Origin: Hyphomicrobiaceae bacterium
Lineage (GTDB): Bacteria > Pseudomonadota > Alphaproteobacteria > Rhizobiales > Hyphomicrobiaceae
NCBI GenBank assembly: GCA_050248715.1
Contig: JBFWRV010000025.1
Coordinates: 802-64,801, forward strand
Reading direction: 5' to 3'
Length of the DNA: 64,000 nucleotides
How positions within the stretch are numbered: position 1 is the first letter of the stretch; every line of letters starts with the position of its first letter. The position numbers and the translations under genes were made by a program. Below the pieces are notes generated by a model. The model was not told the DNA's origin. It was given only the letters and a program-made list of their open reading frames with translations, and searched no databases. Positions 1 through 9,005 of the stretch are shown here, piece after piece.

Positions 1-961
1 GGGATCCGGCGCGCTCGAGCCCGGCCCAGCCCTGTTGGAGACGGGGCGGCGCATCGGCTTTCCCGTGCTGGTAAAGGCCGCGGGCGGCGGCGGCGGCATC
101 GGCATGCTGCCCGCGCACAGCGAGGAGGAGCTGCTGCCTGCGGCCGAGCGCGCCGGCACGCTGGCGCGACGGTTCTTCGGTTCCGGACTGATCTACCTGG
201 AGCGCCTCCTCGACCGGCCCCGGCACATCGAGATCCAGATACTGGGCGATAGGCACGGTAACGCCATGCACGTATTTGAGCGCGAATGCTCGATCCAGCG
301 GCGCCACCAGAAGGTGATCGAGGAGGCGCCGGCGCCGGGCCTCGCCAGGGACCGCATCGACGGCCTTGCGGCATCTACCGCGACCAAGCTGGCCGCGGGC
401 GGCTACGACAGCCTCGGCACGGTCGAGATGCTCATGGACGCCAACGGCAATTTCAGCTTTCTCGAGATGAACACGAGGCTCCAGGTCGAGCACGGCGTGA
501 CCGAGGAGATCACGGGCCTCGACCTGGTGCAGGCTCAGATTCGCGCTGCGGCCGGGGAACGGCTGAGCCAGATCGTCGCTGTTCCGGCCGCAATCAGCGG
601 GCACGCCATCCAGGCGCGGATCTACGCGGAGGACCCGGTGCGGTTTCTCCCCTCACCCGGGCGGCTGGAGGTGTTCTGCCCGCCGGCGTGCGGCGCGCGT
701 GTGGAAACGGGCTACCGGGAAGGTATGGACGTCACGCCCCACTACGATCCGCTCCTGGCCAAGGTGATCGTGCACCGGTCCGACCGAGAGCAGGCCCGGG
801 TAGCGCTAATGGAGGCCCTGCAGCAGTTTGCGGTTGCGGGCGTGAAGACGAACATTGCGGCGCTGTTGAAGGTGCTGGACTGCGATGAGTTCAAAGCCGG
901 CAGGGCCGACACGCAGTTCTTGAGCAGAGGCGTGGCCAAGAAGGGCGGTGATGCCCGGTGA
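1..961 (+). CDS. Biotin carboxylase (ATP-grasp carboxylase subunit), 5' end outside window
   Basis: Frame 2 is open from the window edge. It carries GFPVLVKAAGGGGGIGM (glycine-rich ATP-grasp loop), FLEMNTRLQVEHGVTE and a biotin-carboxylase C-terminal domain. The stop overlaps the next start (GTGA). Confidence 0.85.
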   Translation, partial: GSGALEPGPALLETGRRIGFPVLVKAAGGGGGIGMLPAHSEEELLPAAERAGTLARRFFGSGLIYLERLLDRPRHIEIQILGDRHGNAMHVFERECSIQRRHQKVIEEAPAPGLARDRIDGLAASTATKLAAGGYDSLGTVEMLMDANGNFSFLEMNTRLQVEHGVTEEITGLDLVQAQIRAAAGERLSQIVAVPAAISGHAIQARIYAEDPVRFLPSPGRLEVFCPPACGARVETGYREGMDVTPHYDPLLAKVIVHRSDREQARVALMEALQQFAVAGVKTNIAALLKVLDCDEFKAGRADTQFLSRGVAKKGGDAR

Positions 962-1203
962 GAAAAGTAGCGAGGCTGGTTGTGGCAGACATCGAATTGA
1001 AGACGGAAGTGACCGGATCAGTCTGGAAAATCGTCGCCGCCGTGGGGCAGAAGCTGGAGGACGGTGACACCGTGATGATCATCGAATCGATGAAGATGGA
1101 GATACCGGTCATCGCCGAGACGGGCGGCACCATCAGCCGACTGCTGGTGGAGGAGAAGACGCCGGTCAGCGAAGGCCAGACCGTTGCCATCCTTGTCGGG
1201 TAG
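958..1203 (+). CDS. Biotinyl-domain carrier protein (BCCP-like, 81 aa)
   Basis: IESMKMEIPV biotin-attachment motif. The GTG start overlaps the upstream stop. Confidence 0.8.
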   Translation: MRKVARLVVADIELKTEVTGSVWKIVAAVGQKLEDGDTVMIIESMKMEIPVIAETGGTISRLLVEEKTPVSEGQTVAILVG

Positions 1204-1381
1204 CGGCGCGGCCGCACATCGTGCGACGACGGAACAGCGGGCATAGCCGATCCGGCGAGGAGCCGTGCTGCCCGGCATGACAAGGAAGGAGTCGCGTGGC
1301 CCTGCGAGCGGGCCGGCCTGAGTTCTGGACGTGAACTTTCAGGAAATGTCCATTCGGCCCGATCCGGAACGTTGATGTTGA

Positions 1382-1573
1382 CCTGTTCTCCTCCTCGAGC
1401 TGGCGCAGCCGCTTCATCTCCGACGGCATCAGCCCGCCGTACGTCTGGCGCCAGCGATAGTACGTTTGGATCGAGATCCCCGCTTTGCGGCACGTGTCCT
1501 CGACCGACACCCCGTCGTCGGCCTGCTTCAGGATGAACGCGATCTGCTGCTCGGTGAACTTCGACTTCCGCAT
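1382..1573 (-). mobile_element. IS3-family transposase OrfA remnant (first ~64 aa only, OrfB absent)
   Basis: MRKSKFTEQQIAFILKQADDGVSVEDTCRKAGISIQTYYRWRQTYGGLMPSEMKRLRQLEEENR is a typical IS3/IS911-type HTH OrfA N-terminus. Similarity stops abruptly after LEEENR and no integrase-core ORF follows. Confidence 0.75.
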
Positions 1574-1957
1574 CGGCGAGCTCCCTCATAGCCACCCGAA
1601 TCAGACGCCGATTTTCTCACATTGGATGGTCCAGTTTGCCGGGCTCAGCACACCACTTCCGTTCGGTGCGATCAACGGACCCGCGGGGGCAGCAACCTGA
1701 CCTCCGATCTCATCTGCTTCGTGTGGAGCGACGTGGCGCAGAAGTGCCGCCGTCGATCCCCTGGTTTTGCCTGATTTCTGAGCTTCGGCCCGGGTGCTAG
1801 GCCTTGACAGCAACGTCGCTTGCTTGATGCGACGGCTGGGCCACCGGACGGTGGTCGGCAGGGTGCCGGCAGTCAAATTATTGCCCCCTGTCGCGCTCCG
1901 CAGCGAATACGCAGCAGATCATTTCGCCAGGTTGGCCACAATGATGTGGAGGATTGC

Positions 1958-2710
1958 ATGCAACGATCCCTAGCGGGTTTCGCCGTGCTCAGCTTCAGTC
2001 TCGTCGCTTCGCTGCCGGCGAGCGCGCAGACCGTCGGCACTGGTGGGCCGGGCCCAGTCACGGCCATCGACATCGTGCTTGAGCCCGATGCGACGATGGT
2101 CAAGCACGCCGAGGCCGCCAACCAGCGCCTACTCAAGGATTTCCCCAAAGGCTTCGCCTTGGACAAGACGCATCACCCGCACATCTCGTGTCTGCAGCGG
2201 TACGTCAGAACCGCGGACCTCAACGAGGTCTACGAGGCCGTCGCCAAAGTGCTGGCGGAGGAGAAGCCGACCACCTGGAAGCTGAAGGCATACAAATACT
2301 ACTACATACCCTGGAAGGAGACCGGTCTTGCCGGGATCGTGATTGAGCCCACCGCCGACCTCATCAGATACCAGCAGAAGCTGATTGATGCCGTCGCACC
2401 GTTCACCGTAAAGACGGGCACCGCGGCGGCGTTCGTCACCACAAAGGAAGATCCCGACATCAATCAACCGACTATTGATTACGTCGCGAGCTTCGTGCCG
2501 GATGAAACAGGCAACAAGTTCAACCCGCACGTGACGATCGGCCTTGCCGACCAGGACTACCTGAAGAAGATGCTCGACGAGAAGTTCGAGTCGTTCAACT
2601 TCTCGCCCGTAGGAGCATCGGTATTCCATCTCGGGAACTTCGGAACGGCGCGCACCCGGCTCAAGAATTGGGAGCTGAGGCCTGAAGCAGGTTCGCGGGC
2701 ACTGCAATGA
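1958..2710 (+). CDS. Secreted 2H phosphoesterase superfamily protein (LigT/cyclic phosphodiesterase-like)
   Basis: GGAGG lies 6 nt upstream of the ATG. Signal peptide MQRSLAGFAVLSFSLVASLPASA|QT. Two H-x-S/T motifs are present: HPHISCL at residue ~75 and NPHVTIG at ~191. Confidence 0.6.
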   Translation: MQRSLAGFAVLSFSLVASLPASAQTVGTGGPGPVTAIDIVLEPDATMVKHAEAANQRLLKDFPKGFALDKTHHPHISCLQRYVRTADLNEVYEAVAKVLAEEKPTTWKLKAYKYYYIPWKETGLAGIVIEPTADLIRYQQKLIDAVAPFTVKTGTAAAFVTTKEDPDINQPTIDYVASFVPDETGNKFNPHVTIGLADQDYLKKMLDEKFESFNFSPVGASVFHLGNFGTARTRLKNWELRPEAGSRALQ

Positions 2711-2903
2711 GCGGGCCCAGCAGCTGCTGACCCTGCAAGTCCGGCCGGGATCGGAGCGGTAGGAGCTGTCGGCTCCAGGTCGAGAGCGGGTTTGGCAGGC
2801 TTGCCGCCGGAACGCCCGTTCGTATTTCGACAACAGCAGAACTCACGCTCAGCCGGCCACTTCCGTTTGGTGCCAGGCAAATGTCTTTGCGGGTCGAGCC
2901 AGC

Positions 2904-3551
2904 CTATTTGCTGGTGCCGTCCAGATAGTCGAAAGCAAGGTGGAGCATAGACCTCAAGCCGATCATCAGCCCAGCCTCGTCGATCCGGAACCGCGGCGAG
3001 TGGTTCGGTGCGGCCCTCAGCGGAGGCGTGTCGGGCGCGGTGACGCCAACGAAGAAATACAGACCTGGCACCTGTCGGGCAAAGAACGAAAAGTCCTCCG
3101 AGCCAGTGACGCGAGGCGCCTCCAACAACCTGCCGGTGCCCGTGGCGCGCTTGAGAGTCGGGACCATGCGCTGTGTCAGTGGGATATTGTTCACCACCGG
3201 GATATACCCATCCATTCTCCACTCGACTTCGGCCTCGGCACCGCCGCTCTTGGGGCCTGGTTTGCCGCCTTTGAGAATGGCGACGACGCCCGTCTTCGCC
3301 ACCTTCTCGTGCACCTCGTAACCGAGCCGCTTCAGATGCTCCGCCACGAGCGATGATGTTCGCACCTCTCGATTGCCCAGCTCGGGGTTCTGGTGGATAT
3401 CGCGCCTCCGCGCGATCATTTGGCCCTCGATCGCCTTGGCCTCTCGCTCTATCGTATCGGCTACGCCCTGACCTGCAGCCGATAGCGTAGCCGCGGCAAG
3501 GAAGGCGGCTGTCACGAGGCCGAGCTTTCCGAAAGTGCGGGCAAGGTTCAC
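2904..3551 (-). pseudogene. M20D amidohydrolase (hippurate-hydrolase type) with in-frame loss of the catalytic core
   Basis: The N-terminal IHQNPELGNRE...VVAILKGGKPGPK is joined directly to the C-terminal ...GYIPVVNNIPLT...TGSEDFSFFARQVPGLYFFVGV...APNHSPRF. The region that normally carries the metal-binding HACGHD segment is missing. About 215 aa remain, versus the ~390-430 aa I recall as typical. Confidence 0.6.
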
Positions 3552-3842
3552 GGCATTTCTCCCAAAGTGCCACCCTCGTGCCGGGATGTCCGTTTCCGCC
3601 CAACTACCGAGGCAGCTGTATAAAACGCCGAAATTTCCAGCTGGGAGGCAGCATTGCCGGTGCTTCGCCATCCGTCGCGACAAGCTCGTTGCCAACGACA
3701 TCGCGTCGCCCGGCCCCGCATCGATCCGCGCCCGGTTGCGCTTTCATGAGCCCACGGCATAGTTGGCAAACGGGGCTATGCGGCAGAACCGCGGGGTTGA
3801 GCGAAGCGGCAAGCTACAAGCGCACCGCTCCGCCCAACACGC

Positions 3843-4103
3843 TCAAGCGCGCTTGAGCAATCCCACGACGAACAGGACAATAATGGCGCCGATCGCCGCA
3901 TTGATGACCTCGGCGACGTAGGTGCCGCCGATGTAGATGCCAAGGCCGGGCAGCAGCCAACCGGCAACGAACGCGCCGACGATGCCCACGATGATGTTGC
4001 CTATCAGGCCGAACCCACCCCCACGCATGAGCTGGCCGGCCAGCCAACCTGCGATCGCACCGATGATGAGAAAGATGATGAGAGCCTGAGCGTCCATTCG
4101 CAT
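3843..4103 (-). CDS. GlsB/YeaQ/YmgE transglycosylase-associated membrane protein
   Basis: 86 aa of glycine-zipper TM segments (IIGAIAGWLAGQLMRGGGFGLIGNIIVGIVGAFVAGWL). The rest of the 377-aa ORF is an upstream artefact. Confidence 0.8.
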   Translation of the reverse strand: MRMDAQALIIFLIIGAIAGWLAGQLMRGGGFGLIGNIIVGIVGAFVAGWLLPGLGIYIGGTYVAEVINAAIGAIIVLFVVGLLKRA

Positions 4104-4380
4104 GACGTCGCTCCTTCCCCATGGGCCGCAAGCATGTTGGGTCGCCCTGGCGCCAGGCGGCCCGCTTGACTGGCGCCGGGGCGGCTCCGCGATTCGTGAG
4201 GTTATCGCTTTTGCTTGGGCCCTACCACAACAGCGACGACGTCGGAGGGATAACGTGTTGCAGTACCGCACACTTCTGCGCTGCAGCATCCTGGCGTCCA
4301 TGCTAGGGTTTTGCGGCAGGTCGAAGGGCTGATGCCCCGGGGACAGCGGCACTGCGCCATAGGCAGGGGGAGAGATTGTC

Positions 4381-4641
4381 ATGGACCCAGTTGCGACCGC
4401 GTTGGTGCTCGCCGGCTTGGTGCTGCTCGGCTTCGTCCTATTTGTCCTGGTCTTCCGCTGGGTCTGGAACCGCACCGTACCGGCCGTGTTCGGTCTGCGG
4501 GAGATCACCTTCTGGCAGGCCGTCGGCCTCCTGTTCCTCGCCACGGTTCTGACCGGCGGGCATCGCGTCGTCACCACCGATATCACCAACCTGCCGAAGC
4601 GACTGGGGCCGTCGCCGGTGACGCTGGTGCCGAACGGTTGA
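4381..4641 (+). CDS. Small membrane protein, unknown function
   Basis: GGGGGAGAG Shine-Dalgarno upstream and two predicted TM helices. It lies just upstream of the CoA-transferase gene. Confidence 0.45.
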   Translation: MDPVATALVLAGLVLLGFVLFVLVFRWVWNRTVPAVFGLREITFWQAVGLLFLATVLTGGHRVVTTDITNLPKRLGPSPVTLVPNG

Positions 4642-4666
4642 TTTCTTGTCACGGGAAGGAGGGCAA

Positions 4667-5851
4667 ATGCCAGGCGTGCTCGAAGGCATCCGGGTGCTCG
4701 ATTTCGGGCGCTATATCGCCGGACCCTATTGTGGAGCCTTGCTCGCCGAGCAGGGCGCCGAGGTGATCCGCATCGAGAAGCGGCAGGGCAGCGAGGACCG
4801 CTATCAGGCGCCGGTGGCCGCGACGGGTGAGGGCGCGCTCTTCCTGCAGATGAACCGCAACAAGCTCGGGCTGACCCTCGATCCGATGCTGCCCGAAGGG
4901 CAGGAGGTCGTGCGCAGGCTCGTCGCCACTGCCGACGTCGTCGTCGCCAACCTTCCCCCGCAGACGCTCGAGGCAATGAAGCTCGACTATGCGAGCCTGA
5001 AGGCGGTCAAGCCGGACATCATCCTCACCACGGTCACGGCCTACGGTCGTGGTGGACCCTACAGCGAGCGGGTGGGTTTCGACGGCATCGGCCAGGTCAT
5101 GTCGGGTGCCGTCTACATGACGGGCACCGAGGATCAACCCTATCGCGCGCAGGTTCCCTGGGTGGATTTCGGCACGGCGCTGCACTGCGCCTTCGGCACC
5201 ATGGCTGCGCTGATGGCGCGCAAGGTCACCGGCAAGGGGCAGTGGGTGGAGGGCGCTCTGCTCGCCACTGCGGTCACGCTCGGCAACGCGCTTCTGATCG
5301 AGCAGGCCGTGATTGCGCCCAACCGCGTGCCGACAGGCAACCGGGGGCAGACGGCGGCGCCGGTCGACATCTTCCGCACCAAGGACGGCTGGATCCTGGC
5401 GCAGGTCATCGGCGATCCCCTCTATCGGCGCTGGGCCAGGCTGATGGGCGAGGAGCACTGGCTCACCGATCCGCGCTTCAAGGATGACATCTCCCGCGGC
5501 GACAACGGCGAGGTCATCAGCGAACGCATGGGCCGCTGGTGCGCCGAGCGGACGACGGCGGAGGCCCTGGAGATCCTGGCCAAGGCCAAGATTCCCTCCG
5601 GCCCCGTGCTGAAGCCGCAGCAGACGCTCGATGATCCCCACATCAAGGCGATGGGCTTCTTCCAGCCGATCGAGTTTCCGGGCGTGCCCAAGCCGGCGCC
5701 GATCGCCAAGGTCCCGGTCTGGCTGTCGGAGACGCCTGGCTCGATCCGCCGGCGCGCACCGACGCTCGGCGAGCACACCAACCAGATCCTGGCCGAGCTC
5801 GGCTACGACAAGAAGGCGATCGCCAAGCTGCGCGACAAGGGCGTGATCTAG
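4667..5851 (+). CDS. Family III CoA-transferase (CaiB/BaiF)
   Basis: MPGVLEGIRVLDFGRYIAGPYCGALLAEQGAEVIRIE N-terminus and GGAAGGAGGG RBS. Confidence 0.9.
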   Translation: MPGVLEGIRVLDFGRYIAGPYCGALLAEQGAEVIRIEKRQGSEDRYQAPVAATGEGALFLQMNRNKLGLTLDPMLPEGQEVVRRLVATADVVVANLPPQTLEAMKLDYASLKAVKPDIILTTVTAYGRGGPYSERVGFDGIGQVMSGAVYMTGTEDQPYRAQVPWVDFGTALHCAFGTMAALMARKVTGKGQWVEGALLATAVTLGNALLIEQAVIAPNRVPTGNRGQTAAPVDIFRTKDGWILAQVIGDPLYRRWARLMGEEHWLTDPRFKDDISRGDNGEVISERMGRWCAERTTAEALEILAKAKIPSGPVLKPQQTLDDPHIKAMGFFQPIEFPGVPKPAPIAKVPVWLSETPGSIRRRAPTLGEHTNQILAELGYDKKAIAKLRDKGVI

Positions 5852-5875
5852 GAAGCCCGAGGTCTGTTTCCTGGC

Positions 5876-5914
5876 ACCCCCACCCCCGCCCCCTCCCCGC
5901 AAGGGGGAGGGGAG
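5876..5914. repeat. GC-rich hairpin repeat (family C: CCCCTCCCC-GCAA-GGGGAGGGG)
   Basis: Perfect 9-bp stem. The same motif recurs at 45142, 47664, 55828 and 58361. Confidence 0.8.
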
Positions 5915-5941
5915 TACCGCTCAACGACAGGCCGGGCACGC

Positions 5942-7102
5942 ATGACCGAACCGATTGCCGCAGACAGTTTTCCCTACCTCGGCGAGGAGCACACGATGCT
6001 CCGCCACACGCTGCGGCGCTTCATCGCCGACCGCGTGCAGCCCTTCGCCGACGCCTGGGAGCAGCAGGGCTTCGTGCCGCGCGAGACCTTGCGCGAGATG
6101 GGCGCGCTCGGCCTCTTCGGCATGCGCTACGCACCCGAATATGGCGGCAGCGGCCTCGATACGCTCGCCAACGCCGTGCTCGCCGAGGAGCTGGGGCGCT
6201 CGACGTACGGGGGCTTCGCCGTCACGGTGCTCGTGCACACCGACATGGCCTCGCCGCATCTCTACAACGCCGGCACGCGCGAGCAGCTCGAGCGCTGGAT
6301 GCCCGACATCACCGCCGGCCGCAGGATCACCGCTGTCGCCATGACGGAAGCCGATGCCGGCTCCGACCTCGCCTCCATGCGCACCAGCGCCCGCAAGGTC
6401 GACGGCGGCTACGTTATCAACGGCGCCAAGATGTTCATCACCAACGGCGTGCACGGCGACCTCACTTTCGTCGCTGCCAAGTCGGGCGAGTCGGGCCGCA
6501 ACCGGCAGATGACGATGTTCGCCGTGGAGAAGGGAACACCCGGCTTCCGAGTAGCCCGCGCGCTCAAGAAGCAGGGGTGGCTCTCGAGCGACACGGCCGA
6601 GCTGGTGTTCGAGGACTGCTTCGTGCCGGAGGCGAACCTGCTGGGCCAGGAGGGCCAGGGCTTCTATGCGCTGGTCAAGAACCTGCAGAACGAGCGCATC
6701 GTGCTATCGGCCCAGGCGCTGGGCGAGGCCATGAAGGCGATCGAGCTGACGCTCGACTGGGTCAAGCAGCGCCGCGCGTTCGGGGCACCGCTGTGGGACA
6801 AGCAGGTGATCCGGCAGCGGCTGTCGATGCGGCTTGCCGAGGTCGAGGCGGCGCGCGCGCTCCTCTACAACACGGCCTGGCGCGACACGCGCAACGAGAA
6901 CGTCGTCAAAGAGGTGTCGATGCTGAAGGCGCTGGCGGGCACGCTCGTCAACGCCGTTATGTACGACTGCCTGCAGTTCCACGGCGGTATGGGCTACATG
7001 CGCGAGAGTGCGATCGAGCGCATGGCCCGCGACGCGCGCGTGCAGGCGATCGGCGGCGGCGCCACCGAGGTGATGCTGGACGAGGTGGCGAAGCGGATTT
7101 GA
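5942..7102 (+). CDS. Acyl-CoA dehydrogenase
   Basis: Full-length ACAD architecture with LQFHGGMGYMRES...RDARV and an LQNERIVLSAQALG helix-G Glu. Confidence 0.9.
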   Translation: MTEPIAADSFPYLGEEHTMLRHTLRRFIADRVQPFADAWEQQGFVPRETLREMGALGLFGMRYAPEYGGSGLDTLANAVLAEELGRSTYGGFAVTVLVHTDMASPHLYNAGTREQLERWMPDITAGRRITAVAMTEADAGSDLASMRTSARKVDGGYVINGAKMFITNGVHGDLTFVAAKSGESGRNRQMTMFAVEKGTPGFRVARALKKQGWLSSDTAELVFEDCFVPEANLLGQEGQGFYALVKNLQNERIVLSAQALGEAMKAIELTLDWVKQRRAFGAPLWDKQVIRQRLSMRLAEVEAARALLYNTAWRDTRNENVVKEVSMLKALAGTLVNAVMYDCLQFHGGMGYMRESAIERMARDARVQAIGGGATEVMLDEVAKRI

Positions 7103-7138
7103 GCGCGGTGGATTCGTGACGCTGAAAGCCTGCCAGTT

Positions 7139-7246
7139 GTCATGCCGGCCGAGGGCGACAGCCCGAGAGCCGGCGCCCAGGGGGTCAGCAGGCTGCGCGC
7201 AGCTCTGGGTTCCGGATATTTCGCTGACGCGAAATTCCGGAATGAC
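7139..7246. repeat. REP/MITE-like palindromic element, family A (GTCATxCCGG...CCGGAATGAC)
   Basis: Terminal inverted repeats, internal CCCAGGG/CTGGGTTCCGGATATTTCGC...GCGAAATTCCGG. Confidence 0.8.
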
Positions 7247-7279
7247 AACGAAGGTCCTTAGCCTTTGCGCGTGATGGTA

Positions 7280-7825
7280 TCAGTAGCCGAGCCAGGCTTC
7301 GAGCGGGCCCTTGGGCAGCGGCACAAGAAACCACTTCTCGAACATCAGGAACAGCACGAAGGGCACTGCGACGCCGACCGCGGCGGCCTTGAACGGGTTC
7401 TCGCGTCCGATCACTACCATGAACAGGAAGATGAAGATGGCGGAGGCGACGTAGATGCCAACGCCCGGGACGTCGAGGGGGCCAACCGAAATGCCGCCGA
7501 TCAGCCCGACGTAGACGATGGCAGGGATAAGCACGGCCAGCACCCGGCCGAATGGCTGCGCCGAGACGAAGACCTCGCCTGAGCCGCGTCCGCGCAGAAG
7601 CGCGCTGAAGAGGTTCACCAGGCTCGCCAGTCCCAGGATGATGGCGATGTAGAACGGGAAATAGCCGGGGGCCGGCCCTTCGCCCTCGCGCCAGTTGAAC
7701 CCGAGGCGGGTGCTGTCGAGGATGACCACCGCGCACGCGGCCAGCAGCAGCAGGGCGACCACAATATCGACCGTCCGGGTCGTCACCAGGGGGCGGCTGT
7801 TCTCGGCGCCGTCGTTGTCGTGCAT
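7280..7825 (-). CDS. tctB: Tripartite tricarboxylate transporter small membrane subunit
   Basis: 181 aa with four TM segments, in a TctB-like context next to tctC and tctA. Confidence 0.75.
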   Translation of the reverse strand: MHDNDGAENSRPLVTTRTVDIVVALLLLAACAVVILDSTRLGFNWREGEGPAPGYFPFYIAIILGLASLVNLFSALLRGRGSGEVFVSAQPFGRVLAVLIPAIVYVGLIGGISVGPLDVPGVGIYVASAIFIFLFMVVIGRENPFKAAAVGVAVPFVLFLMFEKWFLVPLPKGPLEAWLGY

Positions 7826-7925
7826 GGGGATCGCCCTGTTGAGCAGCCCGCGGGCTTGCGCCCGCCGGGCCTTTGGGTTCCGGAGGGCCGGCTCGCCGGC
7901 CCTCGTTCAGTCCATCGCGCCGGGC

Positions 7926-8963
7926 CTACTTGCCGGCGGCAAGGAAGCCCGCCTCCTTCATCAGGTTGTAGTGGTGCTTGTCGGCCGCGGCGACCCAGGT
8001 CTTGTACTCGTCGCCCGACATGAAGGTCTGGTTGAAGGCGCCACCCTCCATGAACTTCTTCCAATCGTCCGTTGCCATCACCTTCTTGAACAGATCGACG
8101 TAGAAGGCGACGTGCTCGGGCTTGACGCCCGGCGCCATGAAGATGCCGCGCAGCATCTGGTACTCGGTGTCGACGCCGGCTTCCTTGCACGTGGGAATGT
8201 CGGACCACGCCATGTCGGCCGTCACCTTGGACGTGTAGACGCTACGCTTCGCATCGAACAGGCACAGCGGTCGCAGCGCCCCGGCCTTCCACTGCGAGAC
8301 CGCTTCGATGGGGTTGTTGACGCTCGAGTTGACGTGCTTGCCGACGAGCTGCGTGGCTACCGTGCCGCCGCCGCCGTAGGGAACGTAGGTGAACTTCTTC
8401 GGCGCGGTGAGCTTCTCCAGCGCCGCCGTGATGATCTGGTCCTCCTGCTTGGACCCGGTGCCGCCCATCTTGAAGGTCTTGTCGTCGCCGGCCTTTACCG
8501 CGTCGATGTAGTCCTTGGCGGTCCTGTAGGGCGTGTCGGCGGGCACCCAGAGGACGAACTGATCGAGCGCCAGCATGGCGACGGGGGTCAAGTCCTTCCA
8601 GCTGACCGGCACGCCGGTGGCGTAGGGCGTGGTGAAGAGGTTCGACAGGGTGATGATGATGACGTGCGGGTCGCCCGCCGACTTCTTGACCTCGAGGAAC
8701 CCTTCCGCGCCCGCGCCGCCGCCCTTGTTGAGTGTGATGATCGGCTGCTTCATCAGGTTGTTCTTGGCCGCCACGCCCTGAATGAAGCGCGCCATCTGAT
8801 CGGCACCGCCGCCGGTGCCGGCGGGAATGACGAACTGAACCGGTTTCGTGGGCTCCCACGCCTGAGCGCCGGCGGCCGTTGCAACCAGCGTCGTGGCCGC
8901 GGCCAAGGCTGCCGCGCCCGCGATCCCTCGTCCCACCCGAGCCGTTAAAGACTTGCCCTGCAT
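7926..8963 (-). CDS. tctC: Tripartite tricarboxylate transporter periplasmic binding protein (Bug/TctC family)
   Basis: Signal peptide ...AAALAAATTLVATAAGAQA. Bug-family core PGGGADQMARF...GGTGSKQEDQI. AAGGAGGAAACG precedes the ATG at 8963. Confidence 0.85.
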   Translation of the reverse strand: MQGKSLTARVGRGIAGAAALAAATTLVATAAGAQAWEPTKPVQFVIPAGTGGGADQMARFIQGVAAKNNLMKQPIITLNKGGGAGAEGFLEVKKSAGDPHVIIITLSNLFTTPYATGVPVSWKDLTPVAMLALDQFVLWVPADTPYRTAKDYIDAVKAGDDKTFKMGGTGSKQEDQIITAALEKLTAPKKFTYVPYGGGGTVATQLVGKHVNSSVNNPIEAVSQWKAGALRPLCLFDAKRSVYTSKVTADMAWSDIPTCKEAGVDTEYQMLRGIFMAPGVKPEHVAFYVDLFKKVMATDDWKKFMEGGAFNQTFMSGDEYKTWVAAADKHHYNLMKEAGFLAAGK

Positions 8964-9005
8964 CGTTTCCTCCTTCTGCTTCTTGCTTGAAAGCATGATG
9001 CTCAC

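Noticed and set aside
4104-4976. Upstream 291 codons of the 377-aa minus-strand ORF ending at 3843
   Set aside because: Only the last 86 aa match the YeaQ/GlsB family. The remainder is Arg/Pro-rich antisense of the CoA-transferase gene and of the small membrane ORF.
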